Shown here one piece after another: positions 1 to 10,345 of a DNA stretch of 64,000 nucleotides. The stretch covers positions 352,001 through 416,000 of the forward strand of contig CAVZJB010000011.1 of assembly GCA_963775425.1 (NCBI GenBank). Direction: 5' to 3'. Origin of the DNA: an uncultured delta proteobacterium. Its GTDB lineage: Bacteria > Myxococcota > UBA727 > VGSZ01. Both the position numbers and the translations under genes were made by a program. Positions within the stretch are counted from its first letter, which is position 1; every line of letters begins with the position of its first letter. The notes under the pieces are model-generated. The model ran no database searches. It was not told the DNA's origin and was given only the letters and a program-made list of their open reading frames with translations.

Positions 1-1235
<1,235 letters not shown>

Positions 1236-1239
<4 letters not shown>

Positions 1240-1541
1240 AGCGCGTTCCCCGTCTCGAAGACGCGGCCGAGGAGGACGCCGACGCGCGTCGCCTCGTCGG
1301 GCCGCGCGTCGTGCGGCGTGGTGTAGTCGAGGCGCACCTGAACGCGTCCGGTGGCGACGACGACGATGACGCGGTGCTTGGTGTCCATCTCTTCGAAGGT
1401 GGCGAGCCCGAAGGATTCGGTCTTCAACGGAACGCCCGCGTCATCGAACGCGTCGATGAGCGCGTCCGTCAGGGCGCCGGGACGAATGTCGCAGCGCCAC
1501 GCCAATCCGGTCCGACAGCCGTGATCCTTCTCGAGACGCAC
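1236..1541 (-). CDS. Small hypothetical protein (101 aa)
   Basis: Fills the gap between the V4R gene and the kinase, stop overlaps the kinase start, globular-looking composition. Confidence 0.7.
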
Positions 1542-1553
1542 GCGCCCCCCGGC

Positions 1554-2813
1554 TCAGGTTCGCTCCACGACGACTTCGCAGGCGGCGTCCCCGCGGCTGA
1601 TGCACTTGGTCTCGCGCACCGTCCACGGGACGCCCTTGCGGAACAGCTCGTTGTAGAAGTCCTGCGTGAGGTGCGGCTTCTCGGTCCACGGCACGCGCTC
1701 GGCGAGCTGCATGACGGCGAGCGCGGCCCCCTGAAGGAAGAAGCACATGCCCTGCTTGGCGGGCCCCTCGCGCGTGAGCCAGTAGGAGCTCTCGTACGTC
1801 GACGGCGTCTTCATCACGAGGCGCTTGCCGGGCACGAGCTCCTCCAGCGTCCAGTGGCCGAAGCCGAGCGCGCGCCCGATGGCTGCGCAGCCGGTGACGA
1901 TCTCGGTGGCGTCGCCCTGGATGGGGCCCACCATGCCCTCCCACTCCGGTGACAGGAGAATTCCGCCGAACGTGTTGAAGACGCACACGTGGCCGGACTC
2001 CCGCAAGAGCGCCTCGATCACCGGCAAGCTCGCAGGCGCGTGCTTGGCCACGTGGTTCCAGGCGTCGTAGGAGATGCGGTTGTAGTAGGTGGCGAGGTGG
2101 AGCGTGACGAACACGCCGAACGCCTCGACGAGCCCGCGCTCGTCGCCGGCGACGCCGCCGGCGAAGTCGCGCAGGCCTTTCGCGATGGCGGCGATGCGCT
2201 CCTCGTGGAGCCCGGAGAACGACGGCTTGAGGATGGCGCGCGTGGCGGCGACGCCGACGTCGGCCTCGGGGGCCTCCGCGGTGCCGGGCTTGAGGGTGAA
2301 CTCGCAGCGCGGTGCACGCATCGCGATGCACTGCGTCTCGGTGCAGCCCATGGACTCGCGCGGGAGGTTGTAGGCGACCTCGGTGGCCGCGGCGAGCCAG
2401 CCGGCGGCCATGGCGTCGGCGGGGTTCCGGCGCCGCACCGCCGCGCCGTACTTCTCGTGCCAGGCATAGCCGTAGTGCAACCACGAGCCGCGGCCCTCAC
2501 CGCCGGTGGGCTGCGTGAGGATCTCGAGGCGTCCATGCCCCATGGCGGCGAACAGCGCGGACGCGACCTCGAGGCGCTCGGTGGGCGTCACGAGGTCGAG
2601 CCTCTTGATGAGGCTCCCGAGCAGGTGATACGCGGCGTCGCGCGCGGCGCGCGTCCGCAGCGCGGCGCCCTGCTCCTGCCCGAGCGCATCGTCGATGGTC
2701 TGGTCGAGGAACAGGTTGAAGTGGTGGCAGTGGTAGATGACGGGCGCATCGGCGAGGAAGGCCAAATCGTGCTCAGGCAGCAAGCTGCGCGTTGCCAGGA
2801 TGCGGTCCAACAT
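1554..2813 (-). CDS. Tandem V4R (4-vinyl reductase)-domain protein
   Basis: Two V4R-like halves: ...AMGHGRLE...AGWLAAA...ETQCIAMRAPRCEF and ...ALGFGHW...CFFLQGA...ETKCISRGDAACEV; N-terminal YHCHH motif. Confidence 0.8.
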   Translation of the reverse strand: MLDRILATRSLLPEHDLAFLADAPVIYHCHHFNLFLDQTIDDALGQEQGAALRTRAARDAAYHLLGSLIKRLDLVTPTERLEVASALFAAMGHGRLEILTQPTGGEGRGSWLHYGYAWHEKYGAAVRRRNPADAMAAGWLAAATEVAYNLPRESMGCTETQCIAMRAPRCEFTLKPGTAEAPEADVGVAATRAILKPSFSGLHEERIAAIAKGLRDFAGGVAGDERGLVEAFGVFVTLHLATYYNRISYDAWNHVAKHAPASLPVIEALLRESGHVCVFNTFGGILLSPEWEGMVGPIQGDATEIVTGCAAIGRALGFGHWTLEELVPGKRLVMKTPSTYESSYWLTREGPAKQGMCFFLQGAALAVMQLAERVPWTEKPHLTQDFYNELFRKGVPWTVRETKCISRGDAACEVVVERT

Positions 2814-2872
2814 GGAGGCCTCTTCACTTTCACTTGCGGGCGGACGTGAGACGGAAAAACCTGCGAACGGGT

Positions 2873-3457
2873 TCAGACGTGGAGCTCCTCGAGGCCGAGG
2901 ATGTCCCGCACGGTGTTGGCGACGAGGCTCGTCTGCGCCTCGGTGAACGCCTCGGGGGCGTTGAGCACGTCCATCGGGATGCCCGTGCGCAGAGAAACGC
3001 GGAGCAGCGCGGCGTGCGGATCGGGAGCGTAGCGCCGCAGGTAGTCGATGACGCGGACGCTCTTGGGCCGCTCTTCGGGCTTGAAGCTCGGCAACAGCGG
3101 CGCGAGGCGCTCGAGCGTGCGCTTTACATGGATGCGCACCATGCCGAGCGGCGTATCGCTCTTCATGACGAAGCCGGCGACGAAGTCGCCGGGCAGCTCG
3201 CGCAGGATGACGAGGCGGCCGCCGGCCTCGATGGTGACCTGCATCTCGTCGGTGTGCCCGAGCGCGCGCAGGCCTTCTCGGTTGGCGCGAATGAGATCCC
3301 CGAAGTACGAGGCGACGTCCTCGGGCTCGAAGGTCTCTTCTTCGTGCTTCCAGGCGTCGAACATCAGACAGTCGGGCATGACCGTGAGGATCAAGCCGCG
3401 GATGCCGCCGACGTCCTGAACGAGGGGAGCGAGTGAAAGTCTGCTGGGTGCGTTCAT
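2873..3457 (-). CDS. Roadblock/LC7 (MglB-like) domain protein with helical C-terminal extension
   Basis: DVGGIRGLIL...QVTIEAGGRLVILREL...GFVMKSDTPLGMVRIHVKRTLERL matches the Roadblock pattern. Confidence 0.8.
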   Translation of the reverse strand: MNAPSRLSLAPLVQDVGGIRGLILTVMPDCLMFDAWKHEEETFEPEDVASYFGDLIRANREGLRALGHTDEMQVTIEAGGRLVILRELPGDFVAGFVMKSDTPLGMVRIHVKRTLERLAPLLPSFKPEERPKSVRVIDYLRRYAPDPHAALLRVSLRTGIPMDVLNAPEAFTEAQTSLVANTVRDILGLEELHV

Positions 3458-3464
3458 CGTCTAC

Positions 3465-4523
3465 TCACGCGGAACGGGGTTTTGCGCCGGGGATCGCGGC
3501 GACACTGTGGAACGATTTTCGGATGGCTTTGATGAGTCGGCCTTCGAGAGCGTCGGCGAGCACGAGGCCGATGCCGAAGCGGATGTGGTCGGCGTCGACC
3601 CATACGAGCTGCAGGACGTTTCGCTCGTCGAGCTCGAGCGCGAAGCTGCCTTCGTTGGTGCCGAGGAGGACGCGGCGGGACTCCACGAGCGCGCGATCGA
3701 TCAGCGCGGACACCGCGAGCAGATCCTCCGTGGCGTGACGGTTGGCCACCTCGAGGCCTTCGTCGTCGACGACGAAGGCTGCGTAGGCGCCGGTGGAGCC
3801 CATCAGCCAGTGCACGAAGACCTCGAGCTTCTCGGCGAACGTGCCTTGCAGGATGGACGACAGCGACACCGACGGACTGACGCGGCCGCCCGTGAGCGGC
3901 GACAGCTCGCCTTCGTCGTCCGGTTCGGAGATCTGCGCGCCGATGGAGCGCGGCGGCGGAGGCGGCGGAACCGGCACCAGCTTCGGCGTCGTGGCGTTTG
4001 CCTTCGCGGGCGCGGCGGGCTTGTCCGCGGGCGCCTTCCGCGCTGCCGCCGCCCGGCGCAGCGCCGCGGGATCGAGGCCGATGGCCGCGGCGTCGATCTC
4101 GACGCTCCGGAACGACGGGCGCTGCCAGGAGGCGGAGCTGTTGGTGGTGGGGCCCGAGGTCGAGCGCACCGCAGGCTTCGCCGTCGCGGCCGGCATCGCC
4201 GGGCCGGGCGCAGCGGGCATCGGCGGCAGCGTCGGCGGCGCGGGCACGACGCCCGTCGCGCCGGGCACCGCGCCGGACACGACGCGCGGCGGCGCGAGCA
4301 TCGGCGGGGCGCCGAGCGGCGGCGGCGGTCCGAGCGGGGGAGGCGCCGGGACGTCGCCGTGCGCCAGGTGCGCCGCGGCCGACGGCGTCGGCGGCGTCGA
4401 CGGCGTCGACGGAAAACGTACGCGCGCCGGTGTGGCGACGGGCGCTGCGCCGCCGCGCCCTTGCAGACGCGCCGCCAGACCCGCGAGGGCGGCCGGGTCA
4501 GTCCACGAGAGGGATAGGCGCAT
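3465..4523 (-). CDS. Pro/Ala-rich protein with C-terminal Roadblock/LC7-like domain
   Basis: Long low-complexity N-terminal half, then WLMGSTGAYAAFVVDDEGLEVA...LLAVSAL...; start ATG 4523 or GTG 4529. Confidence 0.7.
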   Translation of the reverse strand: MRLSLSWTDPAALAGLAARLQGRGGAAPVATPARVRFPSTPSTPPTPSAAAHLAHGDVPAPPPLGPPPPLGAPPMLAPPRVVSGAVPGATGVVPAPPTLPPMPAAPGPAMPAATAKPAVRSTSGPTTNSSASWQRPSFRSVEIDAAAIGLDPAALRRAAAARKAPADKPAAPAKANATTPKLVPVPPPPPPRSIGAQISEPDDEGELSPLTGGRVSPSVSLSSILQGTFAEKLEVFVHWLMGSTGAYAAFVVDDEGLEVANRHATEDLLAVSALIDRALVESRRVLLGTNEGSFALELDERNVLQLVWVDADHIRFGIGLVLADALEGRLIKAIRKSFHSVAAIPGAKPRSA

Positions 4524-5304
4524 TGTCACGGTCCTCGGGTCGAAGAAGCTGGAGCCGTCCCTCGAGCTCGGCGGCGAGCTGGTCGAAGGTGGCTGCGACG
4601 ACGGGCGGGCGCCGGCCGAGGAGCCCCACGGGGACGCCCGCGGCGCTGGCCTCGAGAAACGCAGCGTCGCGCGGAATGGTGGTCTGCATGGCGAGCTCGC
4701 CGAGCTGCGTCCACAGCTCGTCGGCCACCGACAGCGAGGCGGACACGCGCATCTGCAGCATGACGAGCACGAGCCCGGTGAGCTCGACCTTCACGCCTTC
4801 GTCGCGGATGGCGTTGATGACTTCGAGGAGCTGCGACAGCGAGCGCAACGCGATGGGCTCCGCCTGCACAGGCGAGAGCACGTGGCCCGACGCCCGAATG
4901 GCGCCGAGCGTGATCCCTTGAAAGCCGCTCGGCGTGTCGAAGAGCACGACGTCGAAGCGCCCCATCGCTTCATCGATGAGCCGCGTGAGCACGCGTCCAT
5001 CGGCGAGGAAGGCGCCGAAGCCCGGCGTGTCCTGCGGCGCCACCTGTCCGACGGGCAGGAGCGACAGCTCCGCGATGCGCGTGCTCGCCAGGGTCTCCGC
5101 GAGCGCGCGCCGCCCGGAGGCGTACTCGGCGAGGCCCGCGGCGCCGGCGAGCTTCTTCGAGAGGGACAGGCCGATGGCACCCTGCGGATCGGTGTCGACG
5201 ATGAGCGTGCGCCAGCGACGCTTGGCGAGCGCGAAGCCGAGGTTCAACGTCACCGTCGTCTTGCCGACGCCGCCCTTCTGGCTCGCCACGGTGACGACTC
5301 GCAT
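4498..5304 (-). CDS. ParA/MinD-family ATPase
   Basis: MRVVTVASQKGGVGKTT deviant Walker A, IVDTDPQG, FDTPS; ATG 5304 overlaps the upstream TGA. Confidence 0.93.
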   Translation of the reverse strand: MRVVTVASQKGGVGKTTVTLNLGFALAKRRWRTLIVDTDPQGAIGLSLSKKLAGAAGLAEYASGRRALAETLASTRIAELSLLPVGQVAPQDTPGFGAFLADGRVLTRLIDEAMGRFDVVLFDTPSGFQGITLGAIRASGHVLSPVQAEPIALRSLSQLLEVINAIRDEGVKVELTGLVLVMLQMRVSASLSVADELWTQLGELAMQTTIPRDAAFLEASAAGVPVGLLGRRPPVVAATFDQLAAELEGRLQLLRPEDRDNAPIPLVD

Positions 5305-5942
5305 CAGTGATCCTCCGGACGGAGCCGCGTCTTCAGCCGCTCGATGTTGTGTTGCACGCGCCTGTCGGTGGGCTTGAGGCGCGCGCACGCCGCGAAGGAC
5401 TCCATGGCGCGCGGGAAGTCGTGGCGGAGATACGCCTGCGTCCCTGCGCGAAAGAGCTCCTCGTAGGCTTGCTGGCTGTCGTCGTCGAGAGGCGACGAAT
5501 CCGCGGGGCCCGCAGGGACGGGCGCGGGCGGCATGCTCATCCGCGACACCGTGTCGTGGCTCGCGGGCACGGCGGCCGGCCGCCCGAGGTGCACGACGCG
5601 CTCGAGCCGCGCCGCTTCGATGGCCGCGCCGGCGGCGGGGTCGACGGCGGCGTCGTCGAGGCCGGCGTCGCGCTTCACCGACTTCTGCGGCACCGCGTCC
5701 GCGCTCAGCGCGCGCAGGTGCGCCGACAGCGTGGCGACGTTTTGCAGGAGCGACCACGCCTCGTCGCCGCGCGCGCCGGGCACCTCGGCGTGCCACAGCG
5801 AACCGCCGTGGACGACGACGCTGCCGAGCTCGAACGGGCCGTACGCGAGCTCGAGGGCCACCGTCTCTCCACGACGTTTCAAGTGCGTCACGAGGTGTTG
5901 CAGTGTGATCTGCGTCAAAACGGAATCAACGTACGGGTACAC
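5304..5942 (-). CDS. DUF4388/PATAN-like domain plus C-terminal TPR protein
   Basis: LTQITLQHLVTHLKRRGETVALEL...GSVVVHGGSLWHAEVPGARGDEAW resembles PATAN/DUF4388; ELFRAGTQAYLRHDFPRAMESFAACARLKPTD is TPR-like. Start uncertain (5942 or 6008). Confidence 0.65.
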   Translation of the reverse strand: MYPYVDSVLTQITLQHLVTHLKRRGETVALELAYGPFELGSVVVHGGSLWHAEVPGARGDEAWSLLQNVATLSAHLRALSADAVPQKSVKRDAGLDDAAVDPAAGAAIEAARLERVVHLGRPAAVPASHDTVSRMSMPPAPVPAGPADSSPLDDDSQQAYEELFRAGTQAYLRHDFPRAMESFAACARLKPTDRRVQHNIERLKTRLRPEDH

Positions 5943-6061
5943 ACAATCGACGGTCAAGCTGAGACGGCGGGTCCTTTCGCACGTCTCGTTCGATGAAGAA
6001 GCGGTCACCGTTTCCCCGGAAAGCGGGGCGACGAAACGGCGTGCTCGTCGATGGTGTTACG

Positions 6062-6511
6062 ATGCGCCGCGTGCCGCAGGTGGAAAACGAGCTCCTGCTG
6101 TCCGCCGCGCCCGCGGCGGTGTGGGCGACGCTGATGGACACCGCCGGCTATCCCGCGTGGAACCCGAGGCTGCGCCGCGTCGACGGCACGTTGCGCGCCG
6201 GGGGCGTGGTGACGCTCCACTACGAGCAAGATCGCCCGTGGATGCCGCGCCGTTACGTGGTCGACGTCGACGCGTGCGAGGCCGGGCGCGAGCTTCGCTG
6301 GAGCGGCCCGCGCAACGCCGCGCGCTCGCTCCTGCGCGCGTCGCATTGGTTTCGGCTCGAGCCCGCGCCGGGCGGGGGCTCGCGCTTCGTGCACGGCGAG
6401 CGTTTCGAGGGCGCGTTGGCGGCGGCGCTGTGGCCGCTGATCGGCGCGTCGGTCGCGCGCTCGCACGCGGCGGTGAACGAGGCCCTCGAGCGGCGCTGCG
6501 CCGCCGCGTGA
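6062..6511 (+). CDS. SRPBCC/polyketide cyclase family protein
   Basis: APAAVWATLMDTAGYPAWNP, ELRWSG, HWFRLEP, HGERFEG. Confidence 0.85.
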   Translation: MRRVPQVENELLLSAAPAAVWATLMDTAGYPAWNPRLRRVDGTLRAGGVVTLHYEQDRPWMPRRYVVDVDACEAGRELRWSGPRNAARSLLRASHWFRLEPAPGGGSRFVHGERFEGALAAALWPLIGASVARSHAAVNEALERRCAAA

Positions 6512-6562
6512 GGGGACGGCGCACCCGCGGGCGGCCGCGGGCGCGTGTGGCACAATGCCTGG

Positions 6563-7414
6563 ATGCGCAGCGCTCTTGTCCTCTCCGCCCTGCTCTCGCT
6601 CACCGCGTGCCACGACAACACCCCCGCCTCCGACGTGCGCGGCAACTACGCCATCGCGTTCGACGACCGCCTCACCATCAAGCTCGACGTCGGCGGCGCC
6701 AAGCAGGAGCAGACGGGCACCGAGCACGACGTCGTCAGCTTCCAGGTGAACGGGCAGCCGGTGACGCTCGACCTCGGCGCGTTCTGCGCCAAGGAAGAGG
6801 TGAAGTGTCCGTCCGAGGTCCTCTGGAACCAGGTGTCCATCGACCAGCCGAACATCGCCGCGCACAACCCGAACACCCACGTGTTGAACGTCATCGACAA
6901 CCGGGTGCACGAGCCGCCCCCGGGCGTCGCCGCCGACGTGGTCGCCGGCCTCGTCGACGCCAACGACAAGCTCACGCTGCTCGTCGGCGGCGACTCGCGT
7001 GGCAACGGCGACTGCGGCCTCCTCGCGCTCTCCATCGCCGAGGGCCGCTTCACGCACGAGGGCGAGGAGGTGGTGCAGGAGCCGGCGGCCTCGGCGGACG
7101 CGGGCACCGGCGACCTCGACGGTGGGAGCGCCGGCGCCGCCGACGCCGGCTTCGTCTCCCACGTCACCTTCCCGACGGGCGCGCCGGTGAACGGCGTCGC
7201 CGAGGGCACGCTGCGCGTCGGCTACCTCGGCCTCTGCGCGTTCGGCCCCGCGGTCCTCGGCGCCACGCTCGAGCTGTCCACGGGCTACACCGGGACGCGC
7301 ACCGGTGAGCTCGATCCGCCGCCGTTCACGCCCGTCGATCCGGAGTCCGTCCCCGACGGCACCGTCGACGCAGGCACGCCCGACGTCGACGGGGGCACGC
7401 CCGACGCCGGCTGA
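6563..7414 (+). CDS. Hypothetical lipoprotein
   Basis: MRSALVLSALLSLTAC lipobox; DAG-type acidic low-complexity tail. Confidence 0.8.
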   Translation: MRSALVLSALLSLTACHDNTPASDVRGNYAIAFDDRLTIKLDVGGAKQEQTGTEHDVVSFQVNGQPVTLDLGAFCAKEEVKCPSEVLWNQVSIDQPNIAAHNPNTHVLNVIDNRVHEPPPGVAADVVAGLVDANDKLTLLVGGDSRGNGDCGLLALSIAEGRFTHEGEEVVQEPAASADAGTGDLDGGSAGAADAGFVSHVTFPTGAPVNGVAEGTLRVGYLGLCAFGPAVLGATLELSTGYTGTRTGELDPPPFTPVDPESVPDGTVDAGTPDVDGGTPDAG

Positions 7415-7447
7415 GCGCACGGGACGCCCGCGGAGAGAGCGACGCGA

Positions 7448-8620
7448 TCAGGGATCGCGCGTCGCGTATCGCACGGTTCGGTTGGTGGTGGTGTACGCGA
7501 GGTGCGGCTTTCCGTCGACGACGGCGAGGGAGACGGCGCCGGCGGCGTCGTCGCCGACGTCCTCGGCGACCCAGGTGTCGGACGCGCGAGACCGCGACGC
7601 CACGTGCACCTGACCGCGCGCGGCGTCGACGCTGGCGACCCAGAGGTGGTCGCCGTCGCACGCGATGGCGACGTCGCCGGGCGCACGCGCCAGGGCGAGC
7701 CCGCTGACGGCGGTTTCGGGAGCGCCGGCGGTGTCGCCGGAGATGCTGGCGACCTGCAGGTTGCCGATCTGTCGGAAGACGACGAACGGGGCGTCGAGAC
7801 AGAAGACGGCGTCGATGCTCCCGCTGGCGTTGTCCTGCACCACGATGTTCGTCGCGCTTCCGGCGAGGTAGGCGAGGGTCAGCGTCGAGAGGTCGAGGTA
7901 GAAGCGATCCACCTCCTGGTTGACGTCGTCGAGCACCAGCCCCAACGACGTGATGTCGCCCGAGGACTGCAGATAGAGGTGCGCGTCGTGCGTGTCGTCG
8001 AGGATGGCGTCCTCGATGCTCTGGTCCCCGCTCGTGGGCTTCGTCACCCAGCTCGCCGTGACGCTGCCCGCTGCGTCCCTGACCACGCGCACCTCCGCGC
8101 CGCGCTCGTCGCCGGGGTTGTCCTGCGCGTAGGTGCGGGTGGCAAGGAGCGCGTCACCGAGGTCGACGGCGAAGACATCGGCGCCGTTCGCGAGCGTGCG
8201 CTCGGCGGCGGCGTGGATGACGCCGTCGCTGCTCCGCGCGGCGTCGAAGGCGCGGAGGCAACCCGTGTCCGGCTGGACGACGACGCTGTGAACACCCTCG
8301 AGCGGACGCCAACGCGCGAGCGCGCAGTCCCTCTCGATCATGAGGACGTCGACGTCCGCGCCGTCGATGAGCACGCGCGGCACCGAGTCCTCGGCGATCA
8401 ACGCCGCGGTGTCATCGATGTACGTGTAGGGGCTCGGCGGCGGCGGCGGTGGTGGCGGCGGCGGCGGCGGCGTCGCGACTTCGCAGGAGCCCTCGCGGCA
8501 CGCGAGCCCACCCGGACAGTTCGCCGCCGCGTTGCAGGGAAGGCCCACACCGTCGCCGAAGTAGCAGCCGGATCCCGCCGCGAGCAGGAAGAGGAGCGAG
8601 AGCGGGAGCGCGCGCGTCAC
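7448..8620 (-). CDS. Lipoprotein: Cys motif, poly-Pro linker, probable beta-propeller-like domain
   Basis: GTG 8620 overlaps upstream stop; LLFLLAAGSGC lipobox-like, CNAAANCPGGLACREGSC, poly-Pro, SLAVVDGKPHLAY...VRYA repeat. Confidence 0.75.
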   Translation of the reverse strand: MTRALPLSLLFLLAAGSGCYFGDGVGLPCNAAANCPGGLACREGSCEVATPPPPPPPPPPPPSPYTYIDDTAALIAEDSVPRVLIDGADVDVLMIERDCALARWRPLEGVHSVVVQPDTGCLRAFDAARSSDGVIHAAAERTLANGADVFAVDLGDALLATRTYAQDNPGDERGAEVRVVRDAAGSVTASWVTKPTSGDQSIEDAILDDTHDAHLYLQSSGDITSLGLVLDDVNQEVDRFYLDLSTLTLAYLAGSATNIVVQDNASGSIDAVFCLDAPFVVFRQIGNLQVASISGDTAGAPETAVSGLALARAPGDVAIACDGDHLWVASVDAARGQVHVASRSRASDTWVAEDVGDDAAGAVSLAVVDGKPHLAYTTTNRTVRYATRDP

Positions 8621-9438
8621 CCGTCTCCCGGCAACAACGCCCACGGCACCAGCGCGGCCCCGCCGGCAACCAGGACCCCCGCGACGATGGCGCCGGCGAG
8701 GAGCAGCGGCTGGGCGTTCATGGCGCTTTGTTTGTCCGCCCCCGACGAGTTGCTGTCGCTGAGGACGCCGCTCGACAGGACAGCGCCCGTGGCGGTGCCG
8801 CCGCCGATGAGCACCCCGGTGCCGAGCGCGGCGGCGCCGACGCCGAAGAGCGGCCATGACACGGCCCCGGGCGCCGTGGTCGCCGGTGCCTCCATCGTCG
8901 CCCCTGTCGCCGCCCCCATCGTTGTTGACGTCGTCGCCCCCATCGTTGGGGTCGTCGTCGCCCCCAACGTTGTTGTCGCCGTCGCCCCCGCCGTCTTCTG
9001 CGTCGTGGCCGTCGTGGGTGGCGTCGTCGATGTCTCGCGTGGCGCGGGCGGGGCGGGCGGCGCCGCGCGATCCGCAGGCGCGTCGAGGGGCGGCGGGGCG
9101 GCGGTGACGACGGGCGCCGGGCAGCGTTTCCGTGTCGGCCCGAGCGCGCGCATGTGATCGGCGGCGCGCGCGGCGACGGAGGCGTCTTCGATGGCGGAGA
9201 ACGCCTGGCGCGCGGCGTCGCTGTCGCCGGCGCGCTCGAAGGCGAGCCCCGCGTTCAACAACAGGCGCTCGTCGTGGGAGATGTCGAACGCGCGCCGGAA
9301 CGCCGCGGCCGCGTCGCAGTCGTGGTGGAGGTGGAGCGCGTCGAACGCTTCGGCTTCGGCGTGAGCGGCCTCCGCGCGGGCGTTGGGCGGCAACGAGGAA
9401 TCCGATGTCACCCACGCCGCGAGCACGAGGGGGATCAT
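8617..9438 (-). CDS. TPR-like protein with Thr-rich linker and C-terminal hydrophobic segments
   Basis: MIPLVLAAW start with ATGA overlap; AAAAFRRAFDISHDERLLLNAGLAFERAGD TPR-like; two hydrophobic helices at the C-terminus. Confidence 0.75.
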   Translation of the reverse strand: MIPLVLAAWVTSDSSLPPNARAEAAHAEAEAFDALHLHHDCDAAAAFRRAFDISHDERLLLNAGLAFERAGDSDAARQAFSAIEDASVAARAADHMRALGPTRKRCPAPVVTAAPPPLDAPADRAAPPAPPAPRETSTTPPTTATTQKTAGATATTTLGATTTPTMGATTSTTMGAATGATMEAPATTAPGAVSWPLFGVGAAALGTGVLIGGGTATGAVLSSGVLSDSNSSGADKQSAMNAQPLLLAGAIVAGVLVAGGAALVPWALLPGDG

Positions 9439-10112
9439 GGGCGGTCGGCCTCCGTGAACACGCGCACGAAGTCGTCCTTCGGCGGCGCGGCCGGCGGCGC
9501 CGCGGCGACGCGTGGCCGCGTGGCGTGCGCAGCGCGCGGGTGCCGCTCGACGGCGCGGGGCCGCGCGCGGGTCGCCGGGTCGGCGGCGAGGGCGGCGAGC
9601 GGCGGCGGGTCGCTCGCGAGAGCCGCGCGCGGCGGGGCGTCGGCGAGGGCCGCGAGCGGCGGCGGGTCGTCGGCGAGGGCCGCGAGGGGCAGGGCCGCGA
9701 GGGGCAGGGCCGGTGCCGGCTGTGCGATCGGCTCGAGGGCGAGCGTCTCGACGGTGGGCGCCGGGGTCGCGGCGGGAGCCGGGGTCGGCCCTCGAGCGGG
9801 GGCGGCGGCCTGTTGCGCGGTCGCCGGCGGAACAGTGGAGGCCGCGAGCGCGAGCGCGGCGCCGAACGCGACGAGCGCGAAGCCGGCCGCCATGGACACG
9901 ACGTGGCGCGGCTTGAGGCGCGGTCGGCCGGCGGCGGCGACGACGACCCGCGACCTCGTCGTGGGCCGGCGCCGGGGCACGAGGAAGGTGCGCGTGTCCT
10001 CGCTGCGGCCAAAGGAGAAGATCAGCGTGCGCACGTCCTGGATGGTGCGCGGGCGCTCCACGCGCTCGGTGTGCTCGTGCTTCGGGTCCGAGGAAGAGTC
10101 CACGTCCGCCAT
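9435..10112 (-). CDS. Hypothetical single-pass membrane protein with Ala/Pro-rich C-terminus
   Basis: MADVDSSSDPK start next to GGAGG; one hydrophobic helix; PLAALA repeats; stop overlaps next gene. Confidence 0.55.
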   Translation of the reverse strand: MADVDSSSDPKHEHTERVERPRTIQDVRTLIFSFGRSEDTRTFLVPRRRPTTRSRVVVAAAGRPRLKPRHVVSMAAGFALVAFGAALALAASTVPPATAQQAAAPARGPTPAPAATPAPTVETLALEPIAQPAPALPLAALPLAALADDPPPLAALADAPPRAALASDPPPLAALAADPATRARPRAVERHPRAAHATRPRVAAAPPAAPPKDDFVRVFTEADRP

Positions 10113-10345
10113 CCTCCAACGTTTTCGGTGCGCGCCGCGAGCGGGGCGCGTGGCATCGGTCGATCGCATGGTGAGGAGCGGGAGGTGCGGGTAGGCAGGC
10201 GCCGCGCGACCGCATCCCCACGCGGGGTGGGACCACGGCGCGCGAGTAGGTGCGGAGACCATCGGCCGGTTCGTCGACGGTCCCGGCGGCGCATCCTCCG
10301 AAACACCCAGCGTCCAACGAGCTTTTTTCCCAGAGGGGTTTTGCC

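Noticed and set aside
4498-5304. Chromosome or plasmid partition locus
   Set aside because: No parB, parS-like palindrome or replication gene nearby; context is signalling genes
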